NCBI RefSeq assembly: GCF_000143415.4
Contig: NW_003314264.1
Location: 2,737,710 to 2,801,709 of the forward strand
DNA from: Selaginella moellendorffii
Lineage: Eukaryota; Plantae; Lycopodiophyta
Reading direction: 5' to 3'
DNA length: 64,000 bases
A program made the translations under genes and the position numbers. Positions 57,057-64,000 of this stretch are shown here, one piece after another. A model generated the notes under the pieces. That model was not told where the DNA came from. It saw only the letters and a program-made list of their open reading frames with translations, and did no database searches. Position 1 is the first letter of the stretch, and each line of letters opens with the position of its first letter.

Positions 57057-59117
57057 CTAGCCACTGCTCTTCTGTAGTCTCAGATTCATCCGTAGCATGC
57101 TCCGGAGGACCCCATCGATGGCGGTGTCGAAAGCGTCGGCCCCGGAGAGCTCGTGATCCGCTGTAGCATACACGAGCTTGGGAAGAGCATCAATCAGAGT
57201 GTTTCTCATCGCCTTGACTCGCTCCTGCGAGAACCTCGACAGAACTTCCATGATCTTGGTACCTTTGCGGACGTCTTCCCTGTCTATGAACACCGAGTAG
57301 CTCTCGTCCTCCTCCGGGAAGAACCACTTGTACTGCCAGTAGGAGCTCTGGTTCCAGAAGAAAACGGGAATGCAGCCCGCCAGAACCGAGTCGAAGATCG
57401 ACCGCCGGGTGTAGCCGTCACCCCGGGGTTGCAAGCAAAATGTCGAGTTGAGGAAGAGCTGGACCACGGGCTCGGGCGTCTCACACTTGCTGTCCGAGCA
57501 GTCCATGGCCGAGCACGCCCCCCGGCTGTCCGAGCACTGCGCCAGGAGCTCCAGCCGGAAGTCATTCGGGATCCTCTTCCTGGTAGCGCCGGCGAAGCTA
57601 AACACGAGCCCCCTCTCCTTGTTCCTCACAAACTCCTGCCACTCCTGCAGCTGGTGCTCGTTCTGGGGATGGAAGCTCGTCGGATATGGAACTCCATACT
57701 CGCCACCCTCCCAGGGATTGCTCTCGATGGCCAGCCGGGTCATGTTCTTCATCTCGGCCATGTTGAGCAGCCCGCTACCCCACGCGTTCTCCTCGGGCCG
57801 CCGAAAGTCCCAAGTTATCCGCCCGATCATGGTGAAGTGGTCTCGGCCCCGGGCCCGAGTCCAGGCCGGCTGGGTCGAGAGCCACTCCACGAGCTTGTGT
57901 CCGAGGTGGTCGCGGTCCTCGGCCTTGGACGGTCTCCACAGGTACCGGGAGACGTCCAGCCCCGCGTAGAATGGCACGTAGAAGACGTTGGCCGAGTCGG
58001 AATCGTTCGTGACGCAGGGGTGGCGGAGGATCCTGGTGTGGAAGATGACCTCGCCGCTGAATTGCTCGGTGTAGAACCAGGGGGACGGCTTGGACGACGG
58101 CCATGGAGTCGTGGTCATGGGCTTGCCGAGGCCGCCGTGGGAGAGAGCGTCGCAGAGCGAGAGCCACGGGTTGAGGGTCGAGCAATTGGCGAGCAAGTCG
58201 GCGTTGAAGCGTGGTGGCAAGTCGTAGACGAAGATCCTGCCGCCTTTGCACACCGGATCCTCCTCTAGGATCGCGTTCTCGGATGCGAGCATGGACGCCT
58301 CCTTGGATTCCTCGCCTTTTTCTTCTGAATCGGTATCTTTCTCGCCTTCCACTTCTTCGTCACCGCTGCCACCGACTTGAGCTTGCTGCTGTTCTTGAGA
58401 GACTAGTTCTCTTCCATTTGAATCCTTGTTTTCCAGTTCTTCCTCGCCATCGCCAAGCTGGGAATCCTGTTTTCCTTGAGACAGTAGCTTTCCACCTTCG
58501 TCTTCTACTTCTTCCTCCTTCGATTCCACCTCTCGGACCGACGAAGCTGCATTGTCTAGAACAGCCGATCTGGAAACATCTCCGCGAGGTCGATCCAGGA
58601 AACGTTTCCCTTGGGCTTCTTCCTCCTTCTTCTCCGCTTGCTTTGAGCGATCGTCCTCTGGTAGATGCCCCTGCCCCTGTTCTAAAACTCCCAAGCTTTT
58701 CTTCTCGATCTTAGCCACCGACGAATCCTTGGGCCTGTTCTTGGCCGCTACAGTGTACAGCGTCCTGCCGATCGGGGCGTGATCCAGCTCCCCATGCGAT
58801 GCCCCTGCCGATGGCGCCGATCGAAGAACCCCGAGGACCAGCAGCTGCAATATCAATAGCCCGAGCAGCAGCACCTTAGGGGCCGCGGCCACGCCGCGCA
58901 CGGACGACGCCGCCGAGCGCGATAGGGCGGCAATGGGGGGGAGCGACGCCAAACCTGGAGGAGCGAACGATCGCCACTGCCACTGCCACTGCGGCGCCCA
59001 TCGCCTGACCCTCGCCACGCCGGCGCGCGCCAGGTCCCCCGCCGCGTCGCGGATGCCATAGAACCGCGCGCGCAGCTCCCTGGCGCTTCTCGCCGCCGCC
59101 GCGCTGTGAGTCTTCAT
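57057..59117 (-). CDS. GT47 (exostosin) xyloglucan glycosyltransferase, MUR3/XLT2 group
   Basis: Single-exon 686-aa type II membrane protein: IFVYDLPPRFN, FYVPFYAGLD, GRDHFTMIGRITWDFRR, VPYPTSFHP, FCLQPRGDGYTRRSIFDS.LAGCIPVFF. Confidence 0.93.
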   Translation of the reverse strand: MKTHSAAAARSARELRARFYGIRDAAGDLARAGVARVRRWAPQWQWQWRSFAPPGLASLPPIAALSRSAASSVRGVAAAPKVLLLGLLILQLLVLGVLRSAPSAGASHGELDHAPIGRTLYTVAAKNRPKDSSVAKIEKKSLGVLEQGQGHLPEDDRSKQAEKKEEEAQGKRFLDRPRGDVSRSAVLDNAASSVREVESKEEEVEDEGGKLLSQGKQDSQLGDGEEELENKDSNGRELVSQEQQQAQVGGSGDEEVEGEKDTDSEEKGEESKEASMLASENAILEEDPVCKGGRIFVYDLPPRFNADLLANCSTLNPWLSLCDALSHGGLGKPMTTTPWPSSKPSPWFYTEQFSGEVIFHTRILRHPCVTNDSDSANVFYVPFYAGLDVSRYLWRPSKAEDRDHLGHKLVEWLSTQPAWTRARGRDHFTMIGRITWDFRRPEENAWGSGLLNMAEMKNMTRLAIESNPWEGGEYGVPYPTSFHPQNEHQLQEWQEFVRNKERGLVFSFAGATRKRIPNDFRLELLAQCSDSRGACSAMDCSDSKCETPEPVVQLFLNSTFCLQPRGDGYTRRSIFDSVLAGCIPVFFWNQSSYWQYKWFFPEEDESYSVFIDREDVRKGTKIMEVLSRFSQERVKAMRNTLIDALPKLVYATADHELSGADAFDTAIDGVLRSMLRMNLRLQKSSG

Positions 59118-59693
59118 CGAGAAAGTATCACCCTCGGATTCGAACCCCCGCTCTCCACCTAGTTTAAACTAGGCGAATATTACCATTTATTATTTAGAGG
59201 TTTAGGGCAGAATATGCCGCGCACAATAGAGCCCTATCCCACATGCCCTGGCGCGAGAGAGAGCTCTCAATATAAAAGAGGCTCCATTGGAAGAGTCTAG
59301 CACGACTGTACTTGAACAGGATCTGTTCTCTAGGTCGTACTTCAGTCCATACCGAGAGGTATAGACAAACCGATAAAACCCGGACGATGAGTTTGAGCCC
59401 CCCGGCTTGAGCGCGACCGTACGAGTCACTGGCGCAGTTACTGCGGCAGTGGCCCATAGATGACCGTTCACGCCGAGCTTGCTCGGGGTGGAGGCCGGGC
59501 GGGCAGTCTGACGGGTCAAAACCTTTTGCTAGATTTTTATTTCGATTCGCAGGTGACAACCTTTGTTACACTCGATGATCAAAGTTTTCAAGAGGTTTTT
59601 TTCTTCTCTAAAACACAAGTTTTTGCCGTGAACAAGTCTGTGAAAGCAAAGCACAAAACTAGTTTGGAACTGGTTAGATTACAAATGTGCCTG

Positions 59694-60309
59694 CTACACT
59701 GCTAGCCTCCATCTTCCTTTGGCCCGTCTACGCCTGATAATCCGCCTCCCAGATGGAGTCCTCATCCTGCGCCAAACAAAACTTGGCTTTGATCACGAAA
59801 GAGAGATTGCGTAGTTCATTCACCTCACGAGGAATCCATGAGTTCTTTTCCGCTTCTTGTTGTTTGGCTGGTAAGTCCTCTTGGGCATCATGATCATCGG
59901 GCTGGGAATGGCAAAACCAAAGAGAAAGAGACTCTCAGGCTAAAACCAAAGTGCAAGAACAACGATTACCCTTCGTCGGCATCCAAGATCTCGGGGCATT
60001 TCACTGTAAAGTTTCAGCCCCATAGTTTCTACTAGACAAGTACTTTTGAAGCGTACCCTCATCGTGAGCTGACGATGGCGCTGGATCGTTTGCAGGGCAG
60101 GGCAAAGGGAATCCCACCGGGATCAACAGAGCTAGGTCGTCGGATGGAGCTGCAAACCCCTGCATTGCATCCCACGGCGCGTCTGGATTCTCGCGCCCTT
60201 GCATTGCCCACCACACCTGATGATCCTGACACACTGCCGCCGAGCGCCAAAGAATCTGCCTGCCGCTCCGCCAGGGCGCCGCGCGATTCATCACTAGCCG
60301 CCAAGCCAT
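59694..60309 (-). CDS. rpl34: Organellar (probably mitochondrial) ribosomal protein L34 precursor
   Basis: Manual splicing gives [22 protein letters not shown] (about 59826-59890) plus [23 protein letters not shown] (59694-59766). The Arg-rich presequence from ATG 60309 is inferred. Confidence 0.85.
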
Positions 60310-62390
60310 GGCGGCGAGCTCTCCTTTTAGGGCTTCATAATGTTTCTTGTGAAAAGTTCTATAGATTGAGCTAAAGGAAAAAAGAAAATTTAAAATTTAA
60401 TGCTTTAACAATTTCGAAAACTCTGACAAAAGCTTGAAAACACTAAACAATGTAACAATGTAACATAGCAATGCAACTTCAGTTGATAGTACAAGCAATT
60501 ATAGCTCTACTATCAGTGGACACCAACCAGAAATTTATCCTCCCGAATCTTGCTGAGAGCTTTTTGTGACACAAGTGGCATCTGGATCATGACCTCTTAG
60601 GTTCCTGTCCATCGCCATGTCATAGCATTTACTCTATAAAACCATGACCTTGATCCCAATATCAGATCTCTCAACAAGAACACTAGAAGTGATTTTCTCT
60701 TGAACATCCAAGACATCTCTCTCGCACACAACGCGGTAGTCCCCATCGTACTCAAACAGTGCCAGAAGCAAAACTGACATGTCGACCACAGGCGATTCCT
60801 TGAGCCTGTGTGCCTTGGATGTTGACCTTCACCAGGCACTGAACGAAGCGCGAGCGTATGTCACCAATCCGTATTGTCGACAAGCGACACCGTCCTCAAT
60901 GCCCCAGGAGGGATCTATCGTGAAATCCTGGGAATGGTGATTGTCAATGGGCTCGCGGATTACCCAGACTCGCCGAACGGTAGCATGGCTCAGAAGATGT
61001 TATGCCCGGATTGCTCGCAGCCAAAAGCGAAGATACATGCAACGCGGATGACCCTCGGAAAGCTTTTCAAGAGAAAAAGCAACGAGAGTGCAAGTCGGGA
61101 ACACTCACGACTGGGAGAAGTACCTCGCACCCTGCCATTGCCAACAGTTCAAGAGGAGGACAAGTCAACTGGGTGATACAAATCTGGCGATCCCAAGGAT
61201 CCCACGAACTATCGGACTATATAGCGGGCACATCTTTGTCAAAGTCTTTGCCACTCTCGCCAGGGGTATGGATTGAGGCTATGGTCTCTCAATCCCTCTC
61301 TCGCATTGGTTCTCCTGGTTTTGAGGGTCTGGAACGTCTCAAACTACATAGATCTCTCCAGGCATTCAGAGTTTTCTTGCTAGAAATACAAGTTCTCATG
61401 ACTCTATCGCAATGCTATTTATGTGGATGCCTTGTCAAATCATCCAGGGGAATATGCCGCACAATATCACATCTGGACCTGGGGAATTCTGCGATGCCTC
61501 AGGCATGGGAGTCAACCTCACAAAGATGCAAACCATGATCTTGGGCAGCCGTTGCCAAAAGATGCTTTTATCAGGGAACCTAACAACACCGCATCATAGC
61601 AGCTACGGCCGACGAATCCGCCCACGGCTGCCACGCCACCTCTACCATTACTTGCTGTGCAACACAGCCCAGGTATATGCCCCACAATTCCCATCGCATG
61701 AGTAGAAGGTCGGCCTCCTTCAAGATGCCACAGTCGCGAATCCGCTCTGTCACCTTTTGAGGCAATTCCTCATTATAAAAATTACCAGGAAACTTTGAGA
61801 AGTAAATGTCCAGATTGAGCAGGCTTTCCACGGCCTTACCAAATGTTGTTTTCATCAACCCTCCGGATGGTTCTTCTCAAACAAATCAATCAAACTTTAG
61901 CATCTTGCAAGTCCCTGGCCCGCTTTCAAACGGCGTAAGTAGAGATCACCATAAGGTGGCAGTGCACAAAAAGAAAAACGATTTCGTCATGGAATCTCCA
62001 GCAAGCATGTCGCGGGCTTGAGACTTCCGCCTCCTAGAAGCTTGCAGTACAAGAGGACGACCAAGGCTGGAACCATGGGTCTCGTTGACATGATGGTTGT
62101 GAGAGTGATGCCAATCTATGATACCAAGGGACAAGAAAATAACCCAAGGAAAGAAGAAAACACAAGCCCCTTGCCTACCAACAACGCACGCATCCAGTTA
62201 CCCGCACTTGAATGCGGGGAGTGCTCTTTGTGTGGTGAAAAGTCTTTGTGTTGCAAACAGGGTGTTGCACGGCATGAAGAAAAGTCTTTGTCTAAACCCA
62301 GCACGCGAAAATGAAATATTAGAAAAGCAAAGAAAGACTGCATTTGCATGCCTTGAGTTTTCTTTCTCGAGCAAAGTCGCAAGTCCCTCC

Positions 62391-64000
62391 ATGAAGAACT
62401 CTTTCGTATTCTTGTTGATCGTGATGGCACAATCTTTGCTGCAGGTGGAATCCAACTGTCAGGTAGTCCAACAAAGAGCAAAACAAAGGAAAATAAGCTT
62501 GCCTTGACATTTTTTTTCCAGACGGGCGAATGGATCAGCCACGGAGGAGATCTCAAGAATCGTCGCTTTGCAGAAGATGAGCACTTGATCAGCGTCTGGA
62601 GCGCGCCTCACTTAAGCGAAAAGTGGAGCTTTGACGCTGGCGCGGACATTTCGGCCACACCGGCGATTTACGACTGTGTTGTCTACTTCCCATCGTGGAA
62701 CGGGCTTGTCTTCGCAGTTACCATCCACGGAGAACTTCTCTGGCGCTTCAACTTGACAGAAATCACGGGAGTTGCCACTTTGTCGCGGACGACACCGGCT
62801 GTGACCGAAGAGCTCTTGCTGTATGGTTTGCTCGGTCCCGCTAGAGTTGTTGCTTTACACCGTAAGAGTGGAAGAATGGTTTGGATGTCAGAAGATCTGG
62901 ATGAAACGCCCCTGGCAAGGATCACCATGTCAGGAACAGCATACGACGGGTAAGCAAACTTCCTTTCTTTTCTTTTTTTTCGGCTCTTGAGCACCTATCA
63001 TTCTGGCAGAGCTTTCTACGTTGGTATGTCTTCGCTCCAAGAGCTTGTGGAGGCAGCCTGTTGCACATTCCAAGGAAGCTTTCAGAAACTCGACCTCAAA
63101 ACTGGAAAACGAATATGGAGAACTTACATGGTTCCTGAAAACTCCAGTTTCTACGGCGTTACAGTATGGGGAAGCAGTCCTTCCATCGATCCCAAGCGAG
63201 GACTCGCCTTCATTGGCACTGGAAACCTCTACCAGATCCCGAGCGACGTCCAGGACTGCCTCAACAGAAATGCCAACTCGAGCGACTGCTATCCTCCCGG
63301 TGTCTGTGACGACGCCGTTGTAGCCGTGAACATGGCCGACGGGGAGATACGCTGGTGTAACAGGCTCGGAGGAAACGACGTATGGAGGCTTGCTTGTGAC
63401 ACAAATCCACCACCAGCAAACTGTCCACCTGAGCCTGGGCCGGACTACGACTTTGGAGAGTCGCCGATGCTGCTTACGATCCCAAGCCGCTACTCCAAGA
63501 ACAAGTTCCAAGATATCGTCGTCACCGGTCAGAAGAGCGGCATTGTTTGGGCTCACGATCGAGACGACGGCAGCCTTGTCTGGGAAACGGTAACTCGAGC
63601 TCCTGTTGATATCTAGCTTGTCCTTCCTGGTCACCTTTTGTTTTCCTCCTGTTTTGTGAAGACTGCCGGACCTGGTGGCTCTGTAGGTGGAGCGATCTGG
63701 GGAGCCGCCACTGACAACCATCGAGTATACACCAACATCGCAAACTCTGACCGTGCTACGTTCCAGCTCGTTCCTTCCGGACAAAGCACCACCGCTGGTG
63801 GCTGGGTGGCCATGGACGCCGCTACTGGAAGAATAGAATGGTCCACTGCGAATCCACACGGTGCGCGAGCTTACGGGCCTGTGACTGTCGCCAACGGTGT
63901 GGTCTTCTGCGGATCATTCGACAAGGATGGTCATGTTCTCGCACTGGACGCAGAGAGTGGACGTATACTGTGGGAACGTACCACTGGTTCGACGGTCTAC
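62391..64000 (+). CDS. Secreted PQQ-repeat beta-propeller protein (polyvinyl-alcohol dehydrogenase-like), 3'-truncated by window
   Basis: Signal peptide MKNSFVFLLIV, WISHGGDLKNRRFA, DISATPAI, VYFPSWNG, VWGSSPSID, GTGNLY, DYDFGESPML, GQKSG, GGAIWGAATD. Confidence 0.88.

Noticed and set aside
59202-59559. ORFs between GT47 and rpl34
   Set aside because: No motif; likely rpl34 3' UTR or GT47 promoter sequence.

Overview
Eukaryotic, intron-containing plant nuclear DNA. The very short introns (about 45-80 nt), dense gene packing and PLS-class PPR gene are most consistent with a lycophyte such as Selaginella (inference, not verified). Apparently intact genes: GH3 beta-xylosidase; four ETR-like (2-enoyl-thioester reductase type) MDR reductases, one interrupted by an N gap; CCoAOMT; CYP72-clan P450; aldo-keto reductase between two tRNA-Ala genes; petC; peroxisomal thiolase; GDSL esterase; U-box/ARM E3 ligase; PPR-E protein; peroxisomal LON2; two clade II serine carboxypeptidases; GT47 glycosyltransferase; organellar ribosomal protein L34. 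An acid phosphatase and a secreted PQQ-type beta-propeller gene are cut by the window edges. Three local duplications shape the region and left broken reductase, CCoAOMT, PPR and U-box copies; there are also decayed kinase and kelch genes. One duplicate carries a 4.4-kb nested transposon insertion (MULE relic plus TRIM-like LTR element). Main leads: (i) a candidate CoA-thioester-tailoring metabolic gene cluster at about 7.5-36 kb, built on an expanded transit-peptide-less ETR-like reductase family; (ii) a decayed Crinkler-type P-loop NTPase gene; (iii) a possible tRNA-mRNA dicistron. All identifications come from motif recognition by eye; no searches were run.
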